From Candidatus Micrarchaeia archaeon (GTDB lineage: Archaea > Micrarchaeota > Micrarchaeia > CABMEP01), in NCBI GenBank assembly GCA_038880755.1, contig JAVZRC010000002.1:31821-95820 (forward strand): a stretch of 64,000 nucleotides of DNA, written 5' to 3'. Shown here one piece after another: positions 1 to 8,896 of the stretch. The notes below the pieces were generated by a model. It had not been told where the DNA came from. It worked only from the letters and a program-made list of their open reading frames with translations, and did not search any database. How positions within the stretch are numbered: the stretch's first letter is position 1; each line of letters opens with the position of its first letter. Both the position numbers and the translations under genes were made by a program.

Positions 1-1
1 C

Positions 2-1687
2 TTAAGATATGTTTTTAATGCTAAAACTCCAAGTAATATTGAAGTTTTAAAAATCCCTGGAAATAGACAAGAATTGGTTTTAAAGTTAAGTACTACTGAA
101 AAACCATTCGCTTTAATAAAAATCGGTGATATTTCCAGCTGGCTAAAAGATAAACTCGAAGGATATGAAATAAATGAAAGTTTTGATAATCAAAGCTATT
201 TTTTACGAATCAATAGTGATGATTCAGATATAAATATCTTAATGGGTTCTCGTTCTTTTTATGAAGGTTGGGATTCTAACAGACCAAATATTCTTTTATT
301 TATAAATATTGGAGTTGGAAATGATGCTAAAAAATTTGTTCTTCAATCAGTGGGCAGGGGCGTACGAATAGAACCACAAAAAAATCAGAGAAAGCGACTT
401 CAGAATTTATACAACGATAAAGAAATAGAAGAGGAAGTTTTTAAGAAAGTCAAAGATCTGATCATGCCGATCGAGACTTTGTATGTTTTTGGAACCAATG
501 CCAAAAATTTAAACGAAATAATCAAAACTTTAAAAGAAGAAAAACAAGATATGACTTTAGGTAATGAGTTTATTATAAATCCTGAAGCAAAAGATAAAAC
601 ACTTTTAATACCGATTTATAAAACAGCAGAAAGAATTTATTCTGAAGAAAGTGAGCTGCAAAAATATTTCATTAGCAAAGAAGATTTTGAAATTACAAAA
701 CGTTACTATGAGTATTTAACTGATAAAATTATCTTGATCAAATATAATTGTGACGTAAATATTTTGAAGCAAGCAAAGAAAAGTTTTGCTGAAAAAGAGA
801 AATACTATAATTTTAGTGAGACTAATTCTCTTTTTGAGCCAGAGTTAATTCTTGAACGAATTCTTGGATATCTGGGAGTTAAACCTAAAGAGTTTGATAA
901 ATTCAAGGAATTGGAAAATGAAATCGTACATTTCAAAAAGATTAGATTTAGTGATGGCAAAAAATATGAGGAAATTAAAACGAAGATTGATCTTATAAGG
1001 CAATATCCAGAAAAGAAAAAAGAATTACAAAACAATTATGGAAAGATTCCCCTTGAAGAATATGGGAAACAATTAAAGTTATTTGAAGATGCTGAAAAAT
1101 TCGAAGTAAAAGATCAAAAAATTAAAATCAAGTACTTAGCAAATCATTATTATCTACCAGTTATAATCTCAGAGACAGAAAAAATTGAGTATCTCAATCA
1201 CATTATTAATGTAAAAAGCGAAGTAAAATTTATTGAAGAATTGGAAAAATATCTAGATAAACCAGATAATGTATTTAAGCAATTTGACTGGTGGATGTTT
1301 TCAAAACTTGACCAAACACTCGATGAAGTTTTCATTCCGTATTACAATAAAAAAGAAAATAAAATTACTCATTTTAAACCAGACTTTATCTTTTGGGCGC
1401 AAAAGGGTAAAAGATACTTAATTTTGTTTGTTGACCCTAAAGGAACTGAATACGCAGATGGCTATAGGAAGATTGAGGGGTATTCAAAGATATTTGAAAT
1501 CGATGTTAACGGGCAAAAACAAAGCAGAGAATTTTCATATAATGGATTTACCATAAGCACGAAACTACTACTATTTAATCAAGGTGGTATAGCAAATGTT
1601 TTAGAACAATATAAGCGATACTGGTTTGACAACTTCAATGATTTTGCTGATAAGGTAAAATCTTTCTTTATTACAGAGAATATATAA
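2..1687 (+). CDS. Type III restriction Res-like helicase/endonuclease, C-terminal part (5' end lies off the window)
   Basis: The frame is open from nt 2, with no stop upstream of the TTG at 74. SF2 helicase motif VI 'QSVGRGVRIEP' follows 'GWDSNRPNILLF'. C-terminal PD-(D/E)xK-like motif 'FKPDFIFW...ILFVDPKGTEY'. Confidence 0.6.
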   Translation, partial: LRYVFNAKTPSNIEVLKIPGNRQELVLKLSTTEKPFALIKIGDISSWLKDKLEGYEINESFDNQSYFLRINSDDSDINILMGSRSFYEGWDSNRPNILLFINIGVGNDAKKFVLQSVGRGVRIEPQKNQRKRLQNLYNDKEIEEEVFKKVKDLIMPIETLYVFGTNAKNLNEIIKTLKEEKQDMTLGNEFIINPEAKDKTLLIPIYKTAERIYSEESELQKYFISKEDFEITKRYYEYLTDKIILIKYNCDVNILKQAKKSFAEKEKYYNFSETNSLFEPELILERILGYLGVKPKEFDKFKELENEIVHFKKIRFSDGKKYEEIKTKIDLIRQYPEKKKELQNNYGKIPLEEYGKQLKLFEDAEKFEVKDQKIKIKYLANHYYLPVIISETEKIEYLNHIINVKSEVKFIEELEKYLDKPDNVFKQFDWWMFSKLDQTLDEVFIPYYNKKENKITHFKPDFIFWAQKGKRYLILFVDPKGTEYADGYRKIEGYSKIFEIDVNGQKQSREFSYNGFTISTKLLLFNQGGIANVLEQYKRYWFDNFNDFADKVKSFFITENI

Positions 1688-1779
1688 GGCCACAAGAAAA
1701 TCAATAGAAGATAAACTCTACAATATAACTGAAGAGGAAAAGAAGATAATTGAGGAAAGTTTGAAGTGAAGGAGAAAAG

Positions 1780-2442
1780 ATGTGTTCTCAGGATCAAATA
1801 AAAAATGTATCATCAATTTCTTTTCTTCTTCTATCCTGCATTGCAATCGGATTTTTGGTTGGTATTCTGGTTTGGTATATTTGTTCCTTGCCTTCGGAAG
1901 AAAGAGGTTCAAATATCGAACCATTAGAAGTAAGTTTCAATTTCTTTATAGTTGATTATGCGATCAGCGCTGAAGAATTAAGTCAGTATATAAGAGAGGC
2001 TAACAACATATGGAATAAATACAATATTTCAATTAAAATTAATAAAACCATATTTGTAAATGGAAAAATCACAGATTCCGAAAAGAAATTTCTATTTGAT
2101 AATATCACAATGATACAAACTAATGATGAAATCGAAAAAATTTGTACTGAACAATACATTCCTCTATTAAATAAAATAACCAACAATCAAATTAATATGG
2201 GCATTATATTTATGAACATTAAAACAATTTACGGTGGAAGAAGTAGTCTATGTGGTTATAAGTTTGCAATTTTGACAAAAGAGAATGGTTTAACAGGCTG
2301 GAATTTGGCTCATGAAATAGGACATATTTTTGGATTAGAAGATATAAGAAATGAAACAAAACAGAATCTAATGAATGATAAATGTAAAATATTTTTAGCT
2401 TCAGATTTTTTAAATCAAAAACAAATCAATGTTGTTATGTAG
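1780..2442 (+). CDS. Membrane-anchored zinc metalloprotease (metzincin-like)
   Basis: N-terminal TM helix 'ISFLLLSCIAIGFLVGILVWYI'. Zinc site 'HEIGHIFGLED' (HExxHxxGxxD). AGGAG-type SD just upstream. Confidence 0.6.
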   Translation: MCSQDQIKNVSSISFLLLSCIAIGFLVGILVWYICSLPSEERGSNIEPLEVSFNFFIVDYAISAEELSQYIREANNIWNKYNISIKINKTIFVNGKITDSEKKFLFDNITMIQTNDEIEKICTEQYIPLLNKITNNQINMGIIFMNIKTIYGGRSSLCGYKFAILTKENGLTGWNLAHEIGHIFGLEDIRNETKQNLMNDKCKIFLASDFLNQKQINVVM

Positions 2443-2577
2443 AGAATAAAAACTTTGAATTAAGGTAGTTAGTAGAAAAATAGCTGTAAGAACAAAAATC
2501 TAACTTTTCATAAAAAGTGATTACCGTGCAACATAAAATATATTAATGCCTAATGTGTTTGGAAAGTGTGATGCTTT

Positions 2578-3522
2578 ATGCATGATCCATTGTTGGATTT
2601 TATAGTAAGAAAGGAGAAAAATATAGAAAGAACAGCAGAAGCCTTGTTTGAAGAAGATACAGTTAAAAAAATAGAAAAAGTCCTTGATGAGGAACCCGTT
2701 AGAATTGGGATAGAAAAGTTACTTAGCCATTTCGAACAGAATGGAGGAGCACTTCCATCCCACAATTTTGCGCATGCTATTGATGTATGTGTTTTTGCTT
2801 TAGGCATCGCAATTGAAAACAAAGTTGAGGATAAAGAAGCTTTGATTGACTTAGCACTTGCTTCTTTATTCCATGATTCAGTTAGATACTATAAAGATGA
2901 GGATGATACAGCAATTAAAGAGATTAAAGGAGAGACAAGTTCTGAAAACATAGAATCTATAGAGGATTCAATTGAATTAGTAGGTAAATTACTAAATAAT
3001 GTTAGAAATTCTAAAAATATTAAAGAAATACAAAAAATGATAAAGGAAGCATCCCATCCTATAGGTAAATATCTGCATATGGCTGATTGCATAGATCTGG
3101 GGGAACCGCTAAGAAACTCTTCTATAGCAATTGAGCACAAGACCGCGAGGAAGGCAGGCTGGTGGTGGGTTGCTTGGAAATATAAGAAAGTATACAAAGA
3201 AAAAACAAATGCACTGCCACCACTTGAGCAAACACATATTGAAGTATACAGCATGAAATTGGGAGGAACAGGAATCTCACGCGGTCTGCAAACACTACTT
3301 GCAGAAGGAAGAGGTTTGATTGAAAAAGCAAAAGGTTTTATCCCAGTTGGACTAAAGCCGCATGAGCTTAGAAAGGAAAGTCTTGAAGGTAGAGAGATAT
3401 TGACAAAGAAAAGGCTTGTCTCGCTTGCATGGCAATACAGAAAAACTGACAAATCATTTTCAAAAAGAATATTCCAATATGCCAAGGATCCTAAAAGGAT
3501 TGAAAAGCAGATCAAAATATAA
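2578..3522 (+). CDS. HD-domain phosphohydrolase-like protein
   Basis: 'HNFAHAIDV' followed by 'SLFHDSVRY' gives the H...HD metal-binding signature. The C-terminal ~150 aa are unrecognised. Confidence 0.55.
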   Translation: MHDPLLDFIVRKEKNIERTAEALFEEDTVKKIEKVLDEEPVRIGIEKLLSHFEQNGGALPSHNFAHAIDVCVFALGIAIENKVEDKEALIDLALASLFHDSVRYYKDEDDTAIKEIKGETSSENIESIEDSIELVGKLLNNVRNSKNIKEIQKMIKEASHPIGKYLHMADCIDLGEPLRNSSIAIEHKTARKAGWWWVAWKYKKVYKEKTNALPPLEQTHIEVYSMKLGGTGISRGLQTLLAEGRGLIEKAKGFIPVGLKPHELRKESLEGREILTKKRLVSLAWQYRKTDKSFSKRIFQYAKDPKRIEKQIKI

Positions 3523-3554
3523 GTTTTCAACCTTTTATTCGTATTTTTCGTCTC

Positions 3555-3607
3555 AAAAACGTCCGTATATGAGAGATGGGGGTTTTACGTCGGTGGAAGA
3601 CGTTTTT
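3555..3607. repeat. Perfect 9-bp inverted repeat (AAAAACGTC / GACGTTTTT) with a nested ACGTC/GACGT hairpin and T5 tail
   Basis: Arms at 3555-3563 and 3599-3607. Inner stem 3587-3591/3599-3603, followed by TTTTT. Lies in the convergent gap between the HD gene and the Cas4-like gene, so it may be a terminator. Confidence 0.5.
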
Positions 3608-3725
3608 GTGACAGATTTTTCTTTATCTTTTAAACAATATAAAAGATCTACTACCAAAATTTTAATAGATTTTCCAATATTTTTTTATCTTTCTATTAGT
3701 TTGGTATTTTCTATACTATTTGCTT

Positions 3726-4787
3726 TTATTTTGAGGTTATTCTGCATTCAGAGCGATATTCACAAGATTTACACTTCCATTGTTTTGGTGGAATGGGATT
3801 CATTTTATTTGTGAGTAGTTTATCCATAGTGTTTAGAGTATGCACAGCATGCCTTTCATCTGTTTTTTGTTCAATAATTATTGATCTTTCATTTACTTTG
3901 TTCATTAACTTTATTTGAACTTTAATCTTTGGCTTTCCAAATAGATAGGAATAAATATTTGCCTGCGCGATTGCCATTGGTTTTATGAAATGACAAAGAA
4001 ATTCATTTGCTGTTGTTTTAAATTCATAACAGAAGTCAGGCCCTATTCCATCTGGTGCTCCTTCAATTATATAGTTTTTCCAATTGAAATGATATCTAAA
4101 AGTTGGATAATGCTCTGCTCTATTTAATTCTTCAAATATCCCTCTTTCTAATGGATTATCATATATAGTTTTTCTATTAGCAGTATCGTTTGACATTTCT
4201 GCTATTGCTAAATAAGGTATATTATTTTTTTTAAGTTCATTCTCTAATTTTATTAATGCAGATCTATAATTCTTACATTTATTTAGAATTTCTATAAAAT
4301 TATTAGTCAGAATCTTTTTTAATGGGTAATCGAATTTATTTATATCTGATTCATCTGGTATTATCGTTATCGCTCTTCCATGTATGTTTATGGTTGTATA
4401 ATCCTCCATAAATTGTGACAATATTTTATGCACCTCTTTTTTAGATAGTTGGCCGTATTTTTCAATATCTTCTTTATAAGATGCGAATATATTTTTCTCA
4501 TTGTTTCTAATCTTGAAAATCATTTGTTGATGACACCAGTACATACGTGCAATATCTGCAACTGCAACAAAACAGATTTGGTCTTTTTTAATGGATAATT
4601 TTTTCTTTTCTCTGATCATTTCTTTCTCTAAAATTTTATTATCAATTATATTCTCAGAGATTGGCAATTTCTTCATTGACCTGCTCTCTTCAGTCTTGCT
4701 TCCTATAGAAAATAAATCCTGATCTTTATTATCAATTTTTATTCTTTTTATTTTATCAGGCTTCTTCATATCCTTACACCAATTCAT
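3726..4787 (-). CDS. Cas4-family (DUF83/RecB-like) PD-(D/E)xK nuclease with a 4-Cys cluster, not CRISPR-associated here
   Basis: N-terminal Cys 'YWCHQQ'. Nuclease motifs 'GAPDGI', 'YEFKT' (ExK) and 'QANIY' (QxxxY). C-terminal 'CKSCEYRSEC' (CX2CX5C), typical of the Cas4/AddB Fe-S nuclease fold. Confidence 0.65.
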   Translation of the reverse strand: MNWCKDMKKPDKIKRIKIDNKDQDLFSIGSKTEESRSMKKLPISENIIDNKILEKEMIREKKKLSIKKDQICFVAVADIARMYWCHQQMIFKIRNNEKNIFASYKEDIEKYGQLSKKEVHKILSQFMEDYTTINIHGRAITIIPDESDINKFDYPLKKILTNNFIEILNKCKNYRSALIKLENELKKNNIPYLAIAEMSNDTANRKTIYDNPLERGIFEELNRAEHYPTFRYHFNWKNYIIEGAPDGIGPDFCYEFKTTANEFLCHFIKPMAIAQANIYSYLFGKPKIKVQIKLMNKVNERSIIIEQKTDERHAVHTLNTMDKLLTNKMNPIPPKQWKCKSCEYRSECRITSK

Positions 4788-4905
4788 TATTGAAAGACAA
4801 TAATAAAAATCATATTTTGTTAATAAATTTTTCTATCGTTTTCAACAATTGAGCCTTAATCTATAATAATGTTGGAATTTCCAATATATTATTAAAAATA
4901 TTAAA

Positions 4906-6777
4906 TTACATCCTAGAAACTATAGGAGATTGGGATTTTCTTAAATCAATTGACATATATTTAGAAATAACATAAATGTCAGAAGCAAATATTCGCGCAA
5001 TTTGGTTTTTAGCATTCTTCTTTTTACCGTTTTTCATTCTTCTCAGCTCAAGAAACTTTGAATATCTTTTATCTAGAAGATTCACATATGTTATTATTTG
5101 ATCGCACAGCTCGTCTATTGTTTTATAATCTTTCTTATCATACGCCTCAATGATTCTTTTTACTGCATTTAACGGCATATTTATTGCTTCAAGTTCTTTC
5201 AATAGCTGCTTAATAAATTCTCTTTTTGCTTTACTTCTATTCCTTGCCATCACTCTCATTAATATTTTTCTAACAGAACCGTCAGATTTGTCAAATGTCT
5301 TTAATACAGCTATTATCCCCTCAATATTATTGTTTTCAGCAAGATTTATGAGGATCTTTATTTTCTCATCTAATATCTTAAGTCTTTGGAAAATATTTTC
5401 TAGAATTTTTTTCATATCTTCTTTTTTGTCTGCTTCAACTACATCTTTCAGCTTGATTGCATATATCTCTCTCTGCAGGGTTCTCGCAATTTCTCTTAGA
5501 TAGGAAGAAACAGCATGCTTTGCAAACTTGACTGCAGATAGGTAGTCATCTTTTGTAAGGTTCTTTCTTAGTTCTTTGTCAAATCTATCTATTTCCTTAA
5601 ATCGTGATGTTCTTTCCAATGTGTTCTTCCAATATCTTTCTTTATTCTCTTTCTTTGCTTGTTTTGCTTTTAAGATCTGGCTGTTTATGAATGTGACAAC
5701 TGAATTTATCCATACAGAATTTAATACGTCTATTATTTCGCCTTTTTTGATTATCAGTCTCTTCCCTTCCATTTCTTGGAGTGATTCCTCTATCTTTTTT
5801 ATCACTGCTTTATTTAGTTCTTCTATTTTCTCGTCAATCATTTCAATTTTTCTTGCTGCTTCCAGCAGTGATTTTGCAGTATTTAAAATATTCTCATGAA
5901 GTTGGTTTACTCTCTTCTTTATTTCATCTCTTGAGAGATGATCCCAGTCTATAAGGATGTTGTTTATTTCTCTGAAGATTTCTCGCTCAGCTGAATGCTT
6001 TTTAATGAATTCTTTTGCCTTTCTTACTGCTGCATCTGGATTAGTTTTTTCTAGCTCTTCTATTTCTTTTAATAGTTTCTCGATTTCTTTTTGAAATGTT
6101 TCCTTATCTATTTTTGATATTTCTTTTGATATCTGTTCGATATCATTCAAAAGACCCTCAGCGCCTTTTCCGTCTTTTTCTGCATTTTCAATTCTCTCTT
6201 CAATTTTATCTAAAATCTCCACTCTTTCTTTTATCTCTTCTTTTGTTTCTTCAATATACTCTTTCAGTTCTTCCAATCTTTCTTTTTCACTGTATTCTTT
6301 AATGGTTTCGGCTAATTCAAGAAGTCCGCTTTCTTGAACAGCAAGGATCTCAGCTTCCAATCTTTCCTTAATCACTTCCTCCTCATCCAAATTCTTCTCG
6401 ATTATCCTTGCAGCTTCTTCTTCAATTCTTTCTTGAATCTCTTCCCTTTCTCTTTCTTTATTTTCTATTTCCTCTATGAATTTTTCATGTTCTTTTTCTT
6501 TTATCTCTTCCTTTTCTTCTATTCGTTCCTTCAAGTCTGTGTCGGATGTTTCTTTTTCCCTTTCTTCCTTTTCCTTCATTTCTAGCTGTGCAATTAATGA
6601 TGCAAGATGTTCAACATACGCCTTCATTGCTTCAGGAGAAAGAGTGGTTGATTCATTGAGGAGTGAAGTCATGTGTTGATGAGGGAGAGAAGGAGTATGA
6701 ATGGGACTGTAAGTGGCTGGCTTACTATTATTAGATTTGGGCTCTCTATTAATATCCTTTCCAATGTTTAAACCCAT
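4906..6777 (-). CDS. Large E/K/I-rich coiled-coil protein, function unknown (full-length member of the duplicated module)
   Basis: 623-aa ORF. The N-terminal module 'PSLPHQHMTSLLNESTTLSPEAMKAYVEHLASLIAQLEMKEKEEREKE' is repeated at 7596-7904 and 10187-10339. Long heptad-like charged region, no TM segment. Confidence 0.7.
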   Translation of the reverse strand: MGLNIGKDINREPKSNNSKPATYSPIHTPSLPHQHMTSLLNESTTLSPEAMKAYVEHLASLIAQLEMKEKEEREKETSDTDLKERIEEKEEIKEKEHEKFIEEIENKEREREEIQERIEEEAARIIEKNLDEEEVIKERLEAEILAVQESGLLELAETIKEYSEKERLEELKEYIEETKEEIKERVEILDKIEERIENAEKDGKGAEGLLNDIEQISKEISKIDKETFQKEIEKLLKEIEELEKTNPDAAVRKAKEFIKKHSAEREIFREINNILIDWDHLSRDEIKKRVNQLHENILNTAKSLLEAARKIEMIDEKIEELNKAVIKKIEESLQEMEGKRLIIKKGEIIDVLNSVWINSVVTFINSQILKAKQAKKENKERYWKNTLERTSRFKEIDRFDKELRKNLTKDDYLSAVKFAKHAVSSYLREIARTLQREIYAIKLKDVVEADKKEDMKKILENIFQRLKILDEKIKILINLAENNNIEGIIAVLKTFDKSDGSVRKILMRVMARNRSKAKREFIKQLLKELEAINMPLNAVKRIIEAYDKKDYKTIDELCDQIITYVNLLDKRYSKFLELRRMKNGKKKNAKNQIARIFASDIYVISKYMSIDLRKSQSPIVSRM

Positions 6778-6801
6778 AAATCACTTTTCAAAAGGACATT
6801 T

Positions 6802-7599
6802 TTAATCCTTTCGTTTTTCTTTTTGTATTTCCTCATACATCCTTTCATTTTCTTTGAGATCTTCTTTTATATATTCTTTAATATTATCCTTCTCACTGTC
6901 AGATATTTCCCTGAAACCTTTTGAAGTATACTCTTTAAGCATAGAATTGGCAATATTTGTCATTAATTCCTTTTCAAATTCAATCAGTTCTTTTCCATAT
7001 TTAATTGCATCTTCGTAATAAAGATCTATTTCTTTTTCCTTTCGATATTCTCTATATCCCTCTTTATTAAAGTATAAACCATGTGCTGCATAGAATAATG
7101 CCTTTAAAGTTATATGTTTCTCAATTATACTCCGAGCATCGTCTGTATAGATTTTCAATCTTTCTTCGATTGCTTGTAATTTCTTTAGTAATATTTCTTT
7201 TGATTCACGATAAGTTTTCTTTTCTATCGCAAGATAATGATCTGTGGTGTAATCTAAAATCAACGCAGCTGGGTTCCCTGTTTTTTTATATACAGATTCG
7301 AAAATTTTTTTAGCAATTTCCAAACTCGCAGGAGTACCATCGCCATACCAATAGTTATCGAGAATTTTCAATCCTTTCTTTAATAACTTATCGTTTTCCA
7401 CTTCACTAGCAATATATGGTGGCGGATTTGCGCGAAGATATATCGCATCTGCCTTTTTTGCAGGATGCAAAAGTAATGAAGCACCTAATAGACCTGCAGC
7501 TAATGGTTTTTTCATTCTCTGCCATAATGAAGGCTTCTTTTCTTCCTTCTTTTCTCCTTTCTTTATTATCTTCTCCTCTCTTTCTGCCATAAATATCAT
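6802..7599 (-). CDS. Membrane-anchored/secreted helical protein, paralog A (function unknown)
   Basis: K/E-rich N-terminus, then signal-anchor 'KKPLAAGLLGASLLL'. The first ~45 aa are identical to 10365-11168; the rest is about two-thirds identical by eye. The true start may be the second ATG (7588-7590). Confidence 0.7.
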   Translation of the reverse strand: MIFMAEREEKIIKKGEKKEEKKPSLWQRMKKPLAAGLLGASLLLHPAKKADAIYLRANPPPYIASEVENDKLLKKGLKILDNYWYGDGTPASLEIAKKIFESVYKKTGNPAALILDYTTDHYLAIEKKTYRESKEILLKKLQAIEERLKIYTDDARSIIEKHITLKALFYAAHGLYFNKEGYREYRKEKEIDLYYEDAIKYGKELIEFEKELMTNIANSMLKEYTSKGFREISDSEKDNIKEYIKEDLKENERMYEEIQKEKRKD

Positions 7600-7904
7600 T
7601 CGCTGTTTAGATATTTAAAGGTAACTTTTTCTTTTATCTCTTCCTTTTCTTCTATTCGTTCCTTCAAGTCTGTGTCAGATGTTTCTTTTTCCCTTTCTTC
7701 CTTTTCCTTCATTTCTAGCTGTGCAATTAAGGATGATAAGTGTTCAACATATGCCTTCATTGCTTCGGGAGAAAGAGTGGTTGATTCATTGAGGAGTGAA
7801 GTTATATGTTGGTGAGGGAGAGAAGGAGTGGGGGTGGTAGCAGAGGTAGGAGAGGGATTAGAAGGAAACAGAAGCTTTATTTTATCGTAGTTATAATCTG
7901 TCAT
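7596..7904 (-). pseudogene. Truncated duplicate of the coiled-coil gene 5' end (102-aa ORF)
   Basis: 'SLPHQHITSLLNESTTLSPEAMKAYVEHLSSLIAQLEMKEKEEREKETSDTDLKERIEEKEEIKEK' matches residues ~30-95 of 4906-6777. The ORF then reads into the promoter module of paralog A ('VTFKYLNSE*') and overlaps its ATG by 4 nt. Confidence 0.6.
7612..7619 (-). promoter_or_regulatory. Archaeal TATA box (TTTAAATA) of paralog A
   Basis: TTTAAATA on the minus strand. Its 5' end is 29 nt upstream of the second ATG (7590), which fits a leaderless transcript. The same element recurs at 8736-8743 and 11181-11188. Confidence 0.55.
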
Positions 7905-7928
7905 GAATTACTTTTCTCTGCGATATTT

Positions 7929-8723
7929 TTAATCGTTTCGTTTTTCATTTACTAGTTCTTCGTACATTTTTTCATGTTGTGGAAAATTTCTTTTTGTCCA
8001 ATTTATAATCCCATTTTTTTCAGTATCAGATAATTGTCGTAATTCGGTTGAAGTATACTCTTTAAGCACTAAATTAGAAATATCTGTCATTAATGCCTTT
8101 TCAAATTCGATCAATTCTTTTACATATTTAATTGCATCTTCATAATAAAGATCTATTTCGTCTTTCTTTCGATATTCTCTATATTCCTCTTTATTAAAGT
8201 ATAAACCATATGCTGCATGGGATAATGCCATTAAAGTTATATGTTTTTCAGTTATGCTCCGAGCATCATCTGGATAGATTTTCAATCTTTCTTCAACTGC
8301 TTGTAATTTCTTTAACAGAAGTTCTTTTGATTCTTGATATGTCTTCTTTTCTACAGCCATATAATGATATGTAGTATTTTCTAAATCTAAAGCTACCGGA
8401 TTTCCCGTTTTTTTGTATACTGAATCAAAAATTTTTTTAGCAATTTCCAGACTCTCAATAGTGCCATTTCTATTCCAATAATTAACAAGAATTTCGTATC
8501 CTTTCTTTAACAACTTATCTTCTTCATTAGCAGCATATTCTGGTGGCGGTCTTGCAAGAATAGGAAGAGCACCCACCTTTTTTGCAGGACTGAAAAGCAA
8601 TGAAGCACCTAACAGACCTGCAGCTAATGGCTTCTTCATTCTCTGCCATAAAGAAGGTTTCTTCTCTTCCTTCTTTTCTTCTTTCTTTATTATCTTCTCC
8701 TCTCTTTCTGTCATAAATATCAT
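7929..8723 (-). CDS. Membrane-anchored/secreted helical protein, paralog B
   Basis: Same N-terminus ('MIFMTEREEKIIKKEEKKEEKKPSLWQRMKKPLAAGLLGASLL') and overall similarity to 6802-7599 and 10365-11168. Confidence 0.7.
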   Translation of the reverse strand: MIFMTEREEKIIKKEEKKEEKKPSLWQRMKKPLAAGLLGASLLFSPAKKVGALPILARPPPEYAANEEDKLLKKGYEILVNYWNRNGTIESLEIAKKIFDSVYKKTGNPVALDLENTTYHYMAVEKKTYQESKELLLKKLQAVEERLKIYPDDARSITEKHITLMALSHAAYGLYFNKEEYREYRKKDEIDLYYEDAIKYVKELIEFEKALMTDISNLVLKEYTSTELRQLSDTEKNGIINWTKRNFPQHEKMYEELVNEKRND

Positions 8724-8735
8724 TCGCTGTTTAGG

Positions 8736-8743
8736 TATTTAAA
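8736..8743 (-). promoter_or_regulatory. TATA box (TTTAAATA) of paralog B
   Basis: Conserved position within the 158-nt 5' module (8593-8750). Confidence 0.5.
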
Positions 8744-8896
8744 GGTAACTCTTTCTTGGCTTTGGAGAAGTCCTGTGATGAGAAAATAGGATTTCCACAT
8801 CTTATTATTTAGCTTTTAAACAAGTTTTTATTTTCTAAATCGAAACATTTATAATCTATGCTAATTATATTTATCATATAATAGAAAATAGGTTGA

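Larger units (their letters stand above)
6493..7626 (-). repeat. Tandem duplicon copy A (5' end of coiled-coil gene + 265-aa gene + promoter module)
   Basis: 6493-6696 is near-identical to 7626-7829. 7469-7626 is near-identical to 8593-8750 and 11038-11195. Confidence 0.85.
7626..8750 (-). repeat. Tandem duplicon copy B
   Basis: Same order of modules as copy A. The junction with copy A lies at nt 7626. Confidence 0.85.

Noticed and set aside
2889-3814. ORFs 2889-3530 (-), 3122-3331 (-) and 3416-3814 (+) overlapping the HD gene and the intergenic gap
   Set aside because: They overlap the HD-motif-bearing frame or the Cas4-like gene end. They carry no motifs and look like chance ORFs in AT-rich DNA.
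5150-6679. Several plus-strand ORFs (5150-5503, 5576-5899, 6096-6302, 6334-6585, 6476-6679) inside the coiled-coil gene
   Set aside because: They are antisense shadow ORFs of a low-complexity GAA/AAG-rich gene. Their products are F/L/S-rich nonsense, and the minus-strand 623-aa frame explains the region.
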